A stretch of DNA of 64,000 nt from Allosphingosinicella sp. GTDB lineage: Bacteria > Pseudomonadota > Alphaproteobacteria > Sphingomonadales > Sphingomonadaceae. Position 1 is the first letter of the stretch, and every line of letters starts with the position of its first letter. The stretch covers positions 37,900-101,899 of the forward strand of contig DASWLZ010000037.1 of assembly GCA_036399975.1 (NCBI GenBank). The letters run 5' to 3'. The notes beneath the pieces are model-generated. The model made no database searches, was not told where the DNA came from, and saw only the letters and a list, made by a program, of their open reading frames with translations. The position numbers and the translations under genes are program-made. Below, piece by piece: positions 36,506 through 45,976 of this stretch.

Positions 36506-37831
36506 ATGATTCCAGCCGCTTTGCTTCAATTTGCCGCCCTTGCCGCCACTTCGGGCGATCTGCCCGCCTTTCCGGGTGCCGAGGGCGCCGGCCGTCTCGC
36601 CAAGGGCGGGCGCGGCGGACAGGTGCTCCGGGTCGTCAATCTCGAGGACAGCGGGCCGGGCTCGCTTCGCGCCGCGATCGAGGCCAAGGGGCCGCGCACG
36701 ATCGTCTTCGACGTCGGCGGCACCATCCGCCTGAAGAAGCCGCTGGTGATCCGCAACGGCGAGGTGACGGTGGCGGGGCAGACCGCGCCGGGCGGCGGCA
36801 TCACCCTTCGCGATCGTCATTTCGAGATTGCCGCAGACGATGTCGTCGTCCGCCACATCCGGTCGCGTCTCGGCGACGAGGGCGGCGCCGAAAGCGACGC
36901 CTTCACCATCAGCCGCGGCCGCCGGATCATCGTCGACCATGTCTCGGCGAGCTGGTCGGTGGACGAGACCCTGTCTTCCGGGTCCGACTATAAGACGCCC
37001 AGGGACGACCTTCGCGACGTGACGGTGCAATGGTCGATCATTTCGGAATCGCTTCGCAAGAGCGTCCACGCCAAGGGAGAGCATGGCTACGGCTCGCTGC
37101 TTCGCGGCGGGCGGGGGGCGAGGATGAGCTTCCACCACAATCTGTGGGCCCATCACATGGCGAGGATGCCGCGCCCGGGCAATTACCTCGCTCCCGCGCA
37201 GGACAGCGTCGGCGCCTATTACGATTTCCGCTCGAACGTCTTCTACAATTGGGGCGGAAGCCACAGCGGCTACAATGCCGACAGCGGCGCCAAGGCGTCG
37301 CACGCCGCCTATAATTTCATCGACAATTATTATTTGCGCGGGCCGGATTCGAAGAAGCCGGTCGCCTTCGACGAGCGCAATCCCCTCGCCCGCGCCTGGT
37401 TCGCCGGCAACGCGATGGACGGCCGGATCGCGAAGGATCCGTGGAGCCTGGTGACGGGGCGGACGGACCGGGAATATAGGCTGGGGGGGCCGCTCGCGGT
37501 CGGGCCGGTCGAGCGCGACCCGGCGCTTCGCGCCTATGAGCGGGTGCTCGCCGGCGCCGGCGCCTCGCGGGCCCGCGACCCGGTGGACCTGAGGGTCGTC
37601 GCCGGCGTGCGCAGCCGGGGCGGGCGCCAGATCGACAGCCAGGCCGAGGTCGGCGGCTGGCCCGAGCTGGCGCCGGGCTCGGCGTGGATCGACGGCGACG
37701 GCGACGGGATGCCGGATTCGTGGGAGACGAAGCACCGGCTCGACCCGCGCGACCCGGCCGACGGCAAGGCCGACCGCGACGGCGACGGCTATACCGAGCT
37801 CGAGGAATGGCTGAACAGCCTGGCCGGATGA
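36506..37831 (+). CDS. Pectate lyase, PL1 family
   Basis: AFPGAEG.G...GGRGG, GSLR, AGQTAPG.GI, IVDH.S.SW.VDE, RMPR, D.DGDGMPD.WE Ca-binding tail. Confidence 0.88.
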   Translation: MIPAALLQFAALAATSGDLPAFPGAEGAGRLAKGGRGGQVLRVVNLEDSGPGSLRAAIEAKGPRTIVFDVGGTIRLKKPLVIRNGEVTVAGQTAPGGGITLRDRHFEIAADDVVVRHIRSRLGDEGGAESDAFTISRGRRIIVDHVSASWSVDETLSSGSDYKTPRDDLRDVTVQWSIISESLRKSVHAKGEHGYGSLLRGGRGARMSFHHNLWAHHMARMPRPGNYLAPAQDSVGAYYDFRSNVFYNWGGSHSGYNADSGAKASHAAYNFIDNYYLRGPDSKKPVAFDERNPLARAWFAGNAMDGRIAKDPWSLVTGRTDREYRLGGPLAVGPVERDPALRAYERVLAGAGASRARDPVDLRVVAGVRSRGGRQIDSQAEVGGWPELAPGSAWIDGDGDGMPDSWETKHRLDPRDPADGKADRDGDGYTELEEWLNSLAG

Positions 37832-38865
37832 TCTCCCGCCGCGCGGTCTGCACGGGCCTCGCCGCCGCCGCCGCGCCGTGGCGCGCTTCGGCTGTCGGCA
37901 CCGTCTACGATGCGGAAGTAAGAAAAAGCGGCGGGACCCACAGCAGCCTTGGCGCCGCATTGGCGGATCCGCCGGGCGGCGGCCGCCCCTACCGCATTCT
38001 CCTGGGCCGGGGGCGGTGGGAGGAGAAGCTCACCATCACTCGCCCAGGGGTCGAGCTTGTCGGAGAAGACCGGCAAGCCGCGATTATCACTTCGGCCGTC
38101 GGCGCGGGGCATGAGAAGCCGGGGGGCGGCAAGTGGGGCACGTTCGGCTCGGCGACTCTGACGGTCGAGGCACCGGGCTTCACCGCCCGCAATCTGACCG
38201 TCGAGAACGGCTTCGACTATATCGCCCATCTGCGCACCCGCTCGATCGAGGGCCTGCAGGCGGTGGCCCTGGCGCTCGGCAACTCGGCCGACCGATCGCT
38301 GATCGAGCGCTGCGACCTGATCGGCCATCAGGACACCTTCTACCTTCGCGCCGGGCGGGCGCTCGTCCGCGATTGCTTCATCGCCGGCAATGTCGATTTC
38401 ATCTTCGGAGGCGCGGCGGCCCTGTTCGAGCGCTGCGAGATCCGCTCGCGACTGCGGCCGGGGGAAGAGCTCCAGGGCTATGTCGCGGCGCCGAGCACGC
38501 CTCGCCGGCAGCCGGTCGGGTTCGTCTTCGACCGCTGCCGACTCACCCGCGAAGCCGGGCTGCCCGACCGCTCGGTCTGGCTGGGCCGCCCTTGGCGCGC
38601 CGGCGGCAATACCGCCCTGCTCGGCGCCGCCGCCTGGCTCGACTGCTGGATGGACTCGCATATCCACCCCGACGGCTGGACCTGGATGGGCTACCGCGGC
38701 CCGGGCGATTATCCGATGCGCCTAGAGCCGCTCGACGCCCGGCTGTTCGAATATCGAAGCCGCGGCCCCGGCGCCCGCCCCGGGCCATTGCGCCGCCAGC
38801 TCGGCGCGGCCGATGCCGCGCTCCACCGCGCTTATCCGCTCTCCGGCGGCTGGCTCCGGCACTAG
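37828..38865 (+). CDS. Pectin methylesterase (CE8)
   Basis: Tat-like SRR, G.WEE, QAVAL, QDTFY, VDFIFG, LGRPW. Confidence 0.9.
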   Translation: MISRRAVCTGLAAAAAPWRASAVGTVYDAEVRKSGGTHSSLGAALADPPGGGRPYRILLGRGRWEEKLTITRPGVELVGEDRQAAIITSAVGAGHEKPGGGKWGTFGSATLTVEAPGFTARNLTVENGFDYIAHLRTRSIEGLQAVALALGNSADRSLIERCDLIGHQDTFYLRAGRALVRDCFIAGNVDFIFGGAAALFERCEIRSRLRPGEELQGYVAAPSTPRRQPVGFVFDRCRLTREAGLPDRSVWLGRPWRAGGNTALLGAAAWLDCWMDSHIHPDGWTWMGYRGPGDYPMRLEPLDARLFEYRSRGPGARPGPLRRQLGAADAALHRAYPLSGGWLRH

Positions 38866-38891
38866 GAGAAGCGGCCCTTAAATTGGGGATT

Positions 38892-38917
38892 GGGGACAGG
38901 TACCGGTACCTGTCCCC
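38892..38917. repeat. Perfect 26-bp palindrome between convergent genes (REP or bidirectional terminator)
   Basis: GGGGACAGGTACC|GGTACCTGTCCCC. Confidence 0.7.
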
Positions 38918-38932
38918 TCTTTGTGCGAAGCG

Positions 38933-41900
38933 TCAGAAGGTGAGACGCGCTCCGGCGGTGAAGACCCGGCCGGTGCTCTGGTAGAGCTGGGTCACCGGGC
39001 TCGCCTCGTACATCGTCCGGTGGGTCGTCTCGTTGGTGAGGTTGCGCGCCTCGAAGGTGAGCCGGATCCAATCGGTGAGGTTGTAGGACGAGGCGAAGTC
39101 GACGTTGAGCGTGTTCTCTGTGAAGCCGAAGTCCCCGATCACCGGCGAGTTGCAAGGCCCGCCCGCATTGGTCGTCGTCCCCGCCGAGCAGGTGCCGGCG
39201 GCGAGCGGGAAGCGGTTGACGTAGCGCTCGCGATAGGCCGCCGACACGCGCGCCGAGAACTTCTTGTCCTCGTAATAAAGCGTGGCGTTGAACGAATCCG
39301 GCGAAGTGTTGAGGAACGGCGCCTCGGCGAACGTGTTCTGGGCCGTCCCCGTCGTCTGGGTGCGGGTCGTGCTGAGCACCGTGTTGGTGAGGTAAGTGAG
39401 CTTCGATTCGATGTGAGTGTAGTTGGCGGTGATCCCGAAGTTGCGGAAAGCGTCGCCGATGAAGCCGAAATCGGACTGGACGTTGATCTCGACGCCCTTG
39501 ATGCTCCCGCCGGGCGCATCCCGGAACTGGCGCACCGCGAACAGGCCCCCGCTCTGGATATAGTCGCGGAAGGCGGTGTTGGTGAACTGCCCGACCAGAA
39601 GATCGTAAATCTCCGGCTCGAACACCGACTGCAGCGGCAGCTCGGTCGCGATCTGCTGCGGGAACGACTCCAGCTGCTTGTAGAAGAGGGCGACTCCGAT
39701 GAGCCCGCTGCGGCCGAAATATCGCTCGAAGCTCAAGTCGAAATTGTTCGAGCGGAACGGGCTGAGATAGGGGTTGCCGACGGTGATCGCCGGCGCCGCG
39801 CCGGCGTTGTTGAGGGCGCCGGTCAGGTTCGGGAAGGAGGTCGTGCCCGGAGTCAGCGAAGCGAGCTGCGGTCTGGAGATGGTCCTCGACGCCGCAAAGC
39901 GGATCAGGAAGTCCTCGGCGACTTCCCAGTTCGCGTTCATCGACGGCAGATAATCCCAATAGGTGTTGCGGCCGACGACGGGAATACCCTCGGTGCCGTC
40001 GGTGGCGCCGACCCGGCCCTCGCCCCGCACCTGGGTGCGGGCGACGCGCAGACCGGCATTGCCGCGCAGGGGCCGGCCGAACAGGTCGATATTGTAGTCG
40101 AGCTGGAAGAAGCCCGACATGTCGCGCTCGCGCACGGAGTTGTTCTGACGGCCGTCCGGAACGGCCCGGAAGTCGCCCCATTGGTTGACGCAGTTGCAGT
40201 CGATGCCGAACTCGCGGACGAACGCATTGAGGTCCGGGACGAACATGCTCGTCGGGGTGCCCTCCGGCACGCTGAGGCCCTGGCCGAAGCCGATGGTGCG
40301 GCCGAGGGCGGTGATCGGCAGGTTCGCTTCCTGCAGGGTCGGGTTGATCGCCTCGATGTCCTGGCTGCGCCGGACCTGGTTGCTGAAGAAGTCGAACTGC
40401 TTGAAGGTGCCGCCCCAGCGCAGCGTCAGGCTGTCGTCCACCTCGTAGGCGAAGTTGAGCCGGCCGACCCGGAATTCATTGTCGACCCGCGAGTTGAAGT
40501 AGCGGATCGCCGAGAGGCCCTTGACCAGCGTCCACTGGGTGGGGTCGCCCGGATCGAAGCCGGGATTGAAGACCGGCATGATCGAATCGCCGCGTTCGTC
40601 GAACACGTAATTGTCGCGGTCGAGCGAGTTGAACTCGGCGAGCAGGCCCGTTCCGCGGAATTCGGAGCGGGAATAGCCGAGAGTCCCTTCGGCGCTGAGC
40701 TTGTCGCCGAACTGCTGGGTCACGTTGAGCGTGCCCTGGTAGAAGTTCGTCTCGCCGAACTGGGCGTCGGCCGAGCTGCGCCAGTCGACGTCGTCGAGGA
40801 GCAGATAGTCCGCCTGGCCGGCCTCGTTGACATGGGCCTCGCGCACCTTGGTGTTGGTGCGGCCGAGCAGCGGCACGAAGCCGGCGAGATTGTCGGTGCT
40901 GGGGATGAAGCCCGGCGAGCCCGACCAATTGTAATAATCGAAGACGTCGAGGTTGCGCGGATTGTAGCTGTTGAGCGTGCCCGGGATGAGCGTCCCGCTG
41001 CTCTGGCCGCATTCGTCGAACTCGGGCCGGCAGGTCGGGAACAGCCCGACGGTGACCGCGCCGGTGGTCGGGTTGACCGAGCCGATGCGGTCGTTGCGGC
41101 CGTTGTTGTTGATCGTGCCGTTGGCGTTGCGCAGCGGCCGCACGCCGGCCGCCCCCGTCTGCAGGAAGCGCGGGTTGGCGCCGCCGGTGCCGGTCGGGAA
41201 GTTGCGGTTGAGGCCGATCGGCGTGATGCCGTTGACGGTGCTGTCCTGGCGGTAGCGCGAATAGACTCCGTCGAGGATCACCTCGGTCCGGCGGCTGGGC
41301 TTCCACTGCGCCGTCGCCGTCGCCCCGAGCCGGTCGTAGGAGAGGTCCTGCCGGTTGATCGACGGAAGCGCCGGGATGATCGTGGTCGGTGCGAGCGCGG
41401 CATAGGCCGCCGGGTTCGAGCCGAAGGTGGGGCCGCTGCCGCCGGGACGCGCGAAGCCGAAGGTCGGCGGGGTGACGCCGGGGATCTGCGAGTTGCGGTA
41501 GAGATATTCGAACGCGCCGATGCTCCGGCTGTAGCGGTCGATCTGCTGCTCCTGCTCCTGATAGGCCACCGAGGCGAGAAGGCCGAACTTGTCGCTGAGG
41601 CGGTGCGAGACCAGGGCGGTGAGGCGCGGGTTCCAGGTGCCGCCGTTCTGGCGATACTCGCCTTCGACGCCGATCAGGTAGCGATTGTCCTTGTAGGCGA
41701 GCGGCCGTCCGGTGGTGAGATCGATGATCGCCCCGAGCGAGCCTTCGTCGTTCACCGCGGCGGTGGTCTTGGTGACCTTGATGTTGCTGAACAGCTCGGA
41801 GGCGAAGGTGTTGAAGTCGAAGCCGCGGGTGCGGTTGGCGCCCGCGTCCGACGAGCTTCCACCGGCGACGGCCAGAGCGTCGGCGCCGTTGAGGCGGGTC

Positions 41901-42334
41901 ATCTGGAAGTCGCCGCCGAGGCCGCGAACAGTGATCGAGCGGCCTTCGCCATTGTCCCGGTCGATGGAGACGCCCGGCAGGCGCTGGAGCGACTCGGCGA
42001 GGTTCGCATCCGGGAAGTCGGCAATGTCCTCGGCGGTGATCGCATCGATGATCTGGTCGGAGCGCCTCTTCTGGCTGAGCGCGTTCTGAAGCGAGGCGCG
42101 GAAGCCGGTGATGACGATCTCTTCCTCGGGCGCCGTCGTCTCATCGACGGGCGCCGCGGCCGGGTCGGCGGGCTGGGTCGCCGACTCGACATCCTCGACG
42201 GGCGTCTGCGCCGGAGCGGGGGCTGGGCCGGCCGCGGACTGGGCAGCCGCCGGAGCGGCGGCGAGGAGCCCCGCGAGGATCAGCGCCCCAGTGGAAGCAG
42301 TGCAAACGAAACCGGCTTTGACAGTGAGAGCCAA
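38933..42334 (-). CDS. TonB-dependent receptor (pectin locus)
   Basis: TTG start after GGAGG; IVITG box, DFPDANLAESLQRLPGV plug, C-terminal Phe. Confidence 0.92.
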   Translation of the reverse strand: MALTVKAGFVCTASTGALILAGLLAAAPAAAQSAAGPAPAPAQTPVEDVESATQPADPAAAPVDETTAPEEEIVITGFRASLQNALSQKRRSDQIIDAITAEDIADFPDANLAESLQRLPGVSIDRDNGEGRSITVRGLGGDFQMTRLNGADALAVAGGSSSDAGANRTRGFDFNTFASELFSNIKVTKTTAAVNDEGSLGAIIDLTTGRPLAYKDNRYLIGVEGEYRQNGGTWNPRLTALVSHRLSDKFGLLASVAYQEQEQQIDRYSRSIGAFEYLYRNSQIPGVTPPTFGFARPGGSGPTFGSNPAAYAALAPTTIIPALPSINRQDLSYDRLGATATAQWKPSRRTEVILDGVYSRYRQDSTVNGITPIGLNRNFPTGTGGANPRFLQTGAAGVRPLRNANGTINNNGRNDRIGSVNPTTGAVTVGLFPTCRPEFDECGQSSGTLIPGTLNSYNPRNLDVFDYYNWSGSPGFIPSTDNLAGFVPLLGRTNTKVREAHVNEAGQADYLLLDDVDWRSSADAQFGETNFYQGTLNVTQQFGDKLSAEGTLGYSRSEFRGTGLLAEFNSLDRDNYVFDERGDSIMPVFNPGFDPGDPTQWTLVKGLSAIRYFNSRVDNEFRVGRLNFAYEVDDSLTLRWGGTFKQFDFFSNQVRRSQDIEAINPTLQEANLPITALGRTIGFGQGLSVPEGTPTSMFVPDLNAFVREFGIDCNCVNQWGDFRAVPDGRQNNSVRERDMSGFFQLDYNIDLFGRPLRGNAGLRVARTQVRGEGRVGATDGTEGIPVVGRNTYWDYLPSMNANWEVAEDFLIRFAASRTISRPQLASLTPGTTSFPNLTGALNNAGAAPAITVGNPYLSPFRSNNFDLSFERYFGRSGLIGVALFYKQLESFPQQIATELPLQSVFEPEIYDLLVGQFTNTAFRDYIQSGGLFAVRQFRDAPGGSIKGVEINVQSDFGFIGDAFRNFGITANYTHIESKLTYLTNTVLSTTRTQTTGTAQNTFAEAPFLNTSPDSFNATLYYEDKKFSARVSAAYRERYVNRFPLAAGTCSAGTTTNAGGPCNSPVIGDFGFTENTLNVDFASSYNLTDWIRLTFEARNLTNETTHRTMYEASPVTQLYQSTGRVFTAGARLTF

Positions 42335-42391
42335 TCGAACCTCCGTCTCCTGAACCGCCCCGCCGTGTTTTCCGGCCTGAGCCCCATAGTA

Positions 42392-42405
42392 TGATACCGG
42401 TGTCA
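42392..42405. promoter_or_regulatory. LacI-type operator TGATACCGGTGTCA
   Basis: Motif copy upstream of the TonB receptor. Confidence 0.8.
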
Positions 42406-42496
42406 TCATAGCGGCTTGGAAAAGGAGGAGATCGGAGGAAGCGATCGGCCCAAAGACCCATCCTGCCTGCTGCCTTGCCCCTCGGCCGCGCAAAAA

Positions 42497-42510
42497 TGTC
42501 ACCGGTGTCA
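42497..42510. promoter_or_regulatory. LacI-type operator TGTCACCGGTGTCA (possible auxiliary site)
   Basis: Second copy 105 bp from the 42392 site. Confidence 0.75.
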
Positions 42511-42565
42511 GTGGCTTATAGCGACGAAGCGGGGCGTTCCGCAAGAGCGGAGTTTGCGTCCCCGC

Positions 42566-43933
42566 TCATCGACGTATCCGGGCGCTCCGCTCCTCGATCA
42601 GCGAGCGACGGTCGGCGGCCTCGATCCTGAGGCCGCGGGCGTCCACCTGGGCATTGCGGACCAGCAGGCCCCGCTTCGAGCGGATCCGCACATTGCGGAA
42701 CACGAGCCCGTCGATGGCGCGCTCGGGAAGGCCGACGACTATTCCGGCGCGGTCGGCGCCGGTGGCGGCCAGCCCCTCCACCCGGACGTTGCGGATCCAC
42801 GGCGTGTCGCCCGCCTTGTAGGCCCGGGCCGGCTCGGTGTCCGGCGGATAGATCTGGTGGCCGAGCACGAACCCGCCGTCCTTCGCAAGCCGCTCCGCCA
42901 CCGCCGCCTCGTCATAGCCGGCGCCTTCGTAATAAGCCGAGAAGACCATCGGAGTCTCGACATCGATCATCCGATTGTTGCGGAAGACGATGTCCTGGAC
43001 GATGCCGCCCCGCCCGCGCGGAGTCTTGATCCGGATGCCGTACATCGAGCCGGTGAGCTCGTTATCCTCCACCAGAACGCCCCGCACCCCGCCGATCGTC
43101 TCGCTGCCGATGCAGATGCCGCGGCCGGCAAGGCCCCTGTTTCCGCGGATCACGATATTCTCGACTGCGGCGTCGGGGCGGGCGGGGTTCGCCTTGAGCG
43201 ACTTGATCGCCACGATATCGTCGCCGACGTCGAAATAGTTGCGCTCAATGAGCATGTTGCGCGTGTCGATCGGGTCGATCGCATCGGTGTTGGGGGAATG
43301 GGCGAGGGCGACGAAGCGCATCGCCCGCACCGTCACGTCTTCCGAATCCTTGACGACGAGGTGGAAGCTCGGCGAATTGTACAGCCCCACCCCTTCGAAC
43401 AGCAGGTTGCGGCTGCGGCCGGCATGGACCAGCCGGGGCCGGTTGGTGCCGCCGCCGCGCCGGTTGGCGCGGGCCTCGGACCGCCAGCGCTCCCACCAGC
43501 CCGCGCCCTGGCCGTCGACCCGGCCGGCGCCGGTGATGGCGACATTGTGCGCATCCGCGATGTTGATGAGCGCGATCCAGTCCGCGTTGGTGAGATAGGC
43601 CTGGGTTGCCTTCGTCACCTTGTAGGCCTGCTCGTCGGCGGTGCCGGCGATCTCGGACCAGGGCGCGAGGTGGAGCCGGATGTTCGATTTGAGGAAGATC
43701 GGCCCGATCAGATACTCCCCGCGCGGCACCAGCACGGTCCCGCCGCCCCTCCGGGCGCAATCGTCGATCGCGCTCTGGAAGGCCGAGGTGTCGGGGAACA
43801 CCCGCGTCCCCTTCGCCCCGTAGGCGGTGACGTCGCAGGTGCGGTCGGGGAAGGTGACCCGCGCCTGCGCCCAGCCGACCCCGGGAGCGGCGAAGAAAAG
43901 GGCGGCGATGACGAGGAGTGCGAGGCGGATCAT
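42566..43933 (-). CDS. Glycoside hydrolase family 28 (polygalacturonase)
   Basis: Signal peptide; NTD, GDD, G.CIGSE, RIK motifs. Confidence 0.9.
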   Translation of the reverse strand: MIRLALLVIAALFFAAPGVGWAQARVTFPDRTCDVTAYGAKGTRVFPDTSAFQSAIDDCARRGGGTVLVPRGEYLIGPIFLKSNIRLHLAPWSEIAGTADEQAYKVTKATQAYLTNADWIALINIADAHNVAITGAGRVDGQGAGWWERWRSEARANRRGGGTNRPRLVHAGRSRNLLFEGVGLYNSPSFHLVVKDSEDVTVRAMRFVALAHSPNTDAIDPIDTRNMLIERNYFDVGDDIVAIKSLKANPARPDAAVENIVIRGNRGLAGRGICIGSETIGGVRGVLVEDNELTGSMYGIRIKTPRGRGGIVQDIVFRNNRMIDVETPMVFSAYYEGAGYDEAAVAERLAKDGGFVLGHQIYPPDTEPARAYKAGDTPWIRNVRVEGLAATGADRAGIVVGLPERAIDGLVFRNVRIRSKRGLLVRNAQVDARGLRIEAADRRSLIEERSARIRR

Positions 43934-44033
43934 GCAGCCTGTAACGCGGAAACGCACGCGGCGCTCCTCAGCCCGGGGCGAGGGCGGGCATAGTCGCAGT
44001 GACATCGCTCCATTTGCTTCTATGCAGGACAGG

Positions 44034-45029
44034 ATGAGCAAGCCCGGCCTCACTTTCGGCCTCTCGGGAACCGGCAGCTACGAGCCTCGGCGGGCGGTGA
44101 CGTCCGACGCGCTCGACGAGCGCGAGGGGCGGCCTGCGGGGTCCTCGGCGGCGCTCGGGATCGTCGAGCGCCGCTATGCCTCGGGCGACGAGACCAGCAG
44201 CATGATGGGCGCGGAGGCGGCGAGGCGGGCCGTCGCCGACGCGGGCTGGCAGCTCCGCGACGTCGACGCCCTGATCGGCGCCTGCGGGGTGATGGAGCAG
44301 CCCATCCCCGGAACCGCGCCGCTGGTCCAGCGCCGGCTCGGCCTCGGCGGGAGCGGAATCACCGCGCTCGACATCAACGCGACCTGCCTGTCCTTCCTCC
44401 CGGCGCTCGACCATGCGCTGATGGGGATGGCGCTCGGCCGATGGCGCCGGGTGGTCGTCTTCGCCGCCGACATCGCCTCCGCGGCGCTCGATCATGAGGA
44501 TTTGGAGGGTTCGGCCATTTTCGGGGACGGGGCCGCAGCCGTGGCGCTGGAGGCCCGGGGCCCGTCGCGGCTGCTGGCCTCGCGCCTGGAGACCTACGGC
44601 GACCATAGCGACCTCTGCCGGCTGGAGGCGGGCGGCACACGGCTTCGACCGCACGAGGATCTGCCGGGCTTCCTCGAGCGAAGCCGCTTCCGGATGGAGG
44701 GCATGGCCTTGTTCAAGGCGACGGCGAGGCGCTTCCCGGGCTTCCTCGAGCGGCTGCTGGAGGAAGCGGGTGTTTCGGCGGACGAGATCGACTGCGTCGT
44801 TCCGCACCAGGCCTCGGCACCCGCCATCGACCATCTCGCCCGGTCGCTGGGCGGCCCGCGCGAGCGGATCGTCGACTGCTTCGCGACGCTGGGCAACCGG
44901 ATCGCCGCGAGCCTGCCGCATGCTTTGGGCCTGGCCCGGGCCGAGGGACGGCTCCGGCCGGGCTCGACGACCCTGCTGATCGGCTCATCGGCCGGAGTGT
45001 CGATCGGCGGAGCGGTCGTCCGGTGGTGA
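44034..45029 (+). CDS. 3-oxoacyl-ACP synthase III (FabH/OleA-like)
   Basis: Cys-His-Asn triad: NATCLSF, VPHQAS, GNRIAAS; FGDGAAA. Confidence 0.88.
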   Translation: MSKPGLTFGLSGTGSYEPRRAVTSDALDEREGRPAGSSAALGIVERRYASGDETSSMMGAEAARRAVADAGWQLRDVDALIGACGVMEQPIPGTAPLVQRRLGLGGSGITALDINATCLSFLPALDHALMGMALGRWRRVVVFAADIASAALDHEDLEGSAIFGDGAAAVALEARGPSRLLASRLETYGDHSDLCRLEAGGTRLRPHEDLPGFLERSRFRMEGMALFKATARRFPGFLERLLEEAGVSADEIDCVVPHQASAPAIDHLARSLGGPRERIVDCFATLGNRIAASLPHALGLARAEGRLRPGSTTLLIGSSAGVSIGGAVVRW

Positions 45030-45976
45030 AGGTGACGGTCACCGGAGCCACCGGCGGGATCGGGAAAGGCCTAGTCCGCCGACTTGCCGAGCGAGGGGCG
45101 ATCGTGACGGCGAGCGGGCGCGACGTCGCGGCCGGGCTCGCCCTCGAAGGGCCGGGGGTGCGCTTCGTCCGAGCAGATCTGGCCGTCGACGATCTCGCGG
45201 CCCTCACCGAAGGCTCGGAGGTGGTCGTCCATCTCGCGGCGCGCTCGTCGCCCTGGGGGGATCCGGGCGGCTTCGAGCGGGACAATGTGCGGGCGACCGC
45301 CCGGCTGATCGAGGCCGCAGCCGCGGCGGGCGTCCGCCGCCTCGTCCACGCCTCCACACCGGCCATCTTCGCGGAGCGCCGCCACCGGCTCGACCTCGGC
45401 GCCTGCTCGCCCGTCGCCGGACACCCCATCAATGCTTATGCCCGCACCAAGCTCGAGGCCGAGCGGCTGGTGCGCTCGGAGCGCCGCTTCGAGACCCTGG
45501 TGCTTCGCCCCTCCGCCGTGCTCGGGCCGGACGACCGCTCGATCCTTCCGCGCCTGATGCGCGTGATCAGGCGCGGGATTCTTCCGCTCGGCAACCACGG
45601 CACGGCCCTGTTCCACCCCACCGACGCGCGCGACGCCGTCGAGGCCTTCGCCGTCGCCGCCCTGGGAACGGCCACGGGAGTCGCCAACGTGGCGGGCGCA
45701 GCGCCGGTCGCGGTCGCCGAGATGGCCCAGGCTCTGGCGGGGCGGCTCGGCCTTCGCCTCCGCTTGCCCCTGGTGCCGGAGCCCGTCCTCGACGCCTTGG
45801 CGAGCGCCGCCGAATGGACCGGGCGCCGCACCGGCCGCGAGCCCGCCATCACCCGCTATTCCGCCTCCACTTTGTCCTGGTCGCGGACTTTCGCGGTCGG
45901 CGAGACGGAGGCGCTCCTCGGCTGGCGGCCGGCCTATGGGCCGCACGAGGCCCTCGCTTATGCCGTGGCGTCATGA
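45023..45976 (+). CDS. NAD-dependent epimerase/dehydratase (extended SDR, 3-beta-HSD/OleD-like)
   Basis: VTGATGGIG, HLAA.SSPWG, YARTK, LRP. Confidence 0.88.
   Translation: MVKVTVTGATGGIGKGLVRRLAERGAIVTASGRDVAAGLALEGPGVRFVRADLAVDDLAALTEGSEVVVHLAARSSPWGDPGGFERDNVRATARLIEAAAAAGVRRLVHASTPAIFAERRHRLDLGACSPVAGHPINAYARTKLEAERLVRSERRFETLVLRPSAVLGPDDRSILPRLMRVIRRGILPLGNHGTALFHPTDARDAVEAFAVAALGTATGVANVAGAAPVAVAEMAQALAGRLGLRLRLPLVPEPVLDALASAAEWTGRRTGREPAITRYSASTLSWSRTFAVGETEALLGWRPAYGPHEALAYAVAS

Noticed and set aside
38921-42394. 1157-aa plus-strand ORF (likewise 53458-56577, 16422-19148, 4523-6901, 19813-22731)
   Set aside because: Antisense shadows of well-supported genes in high-GC DNA; no recognisable motifs
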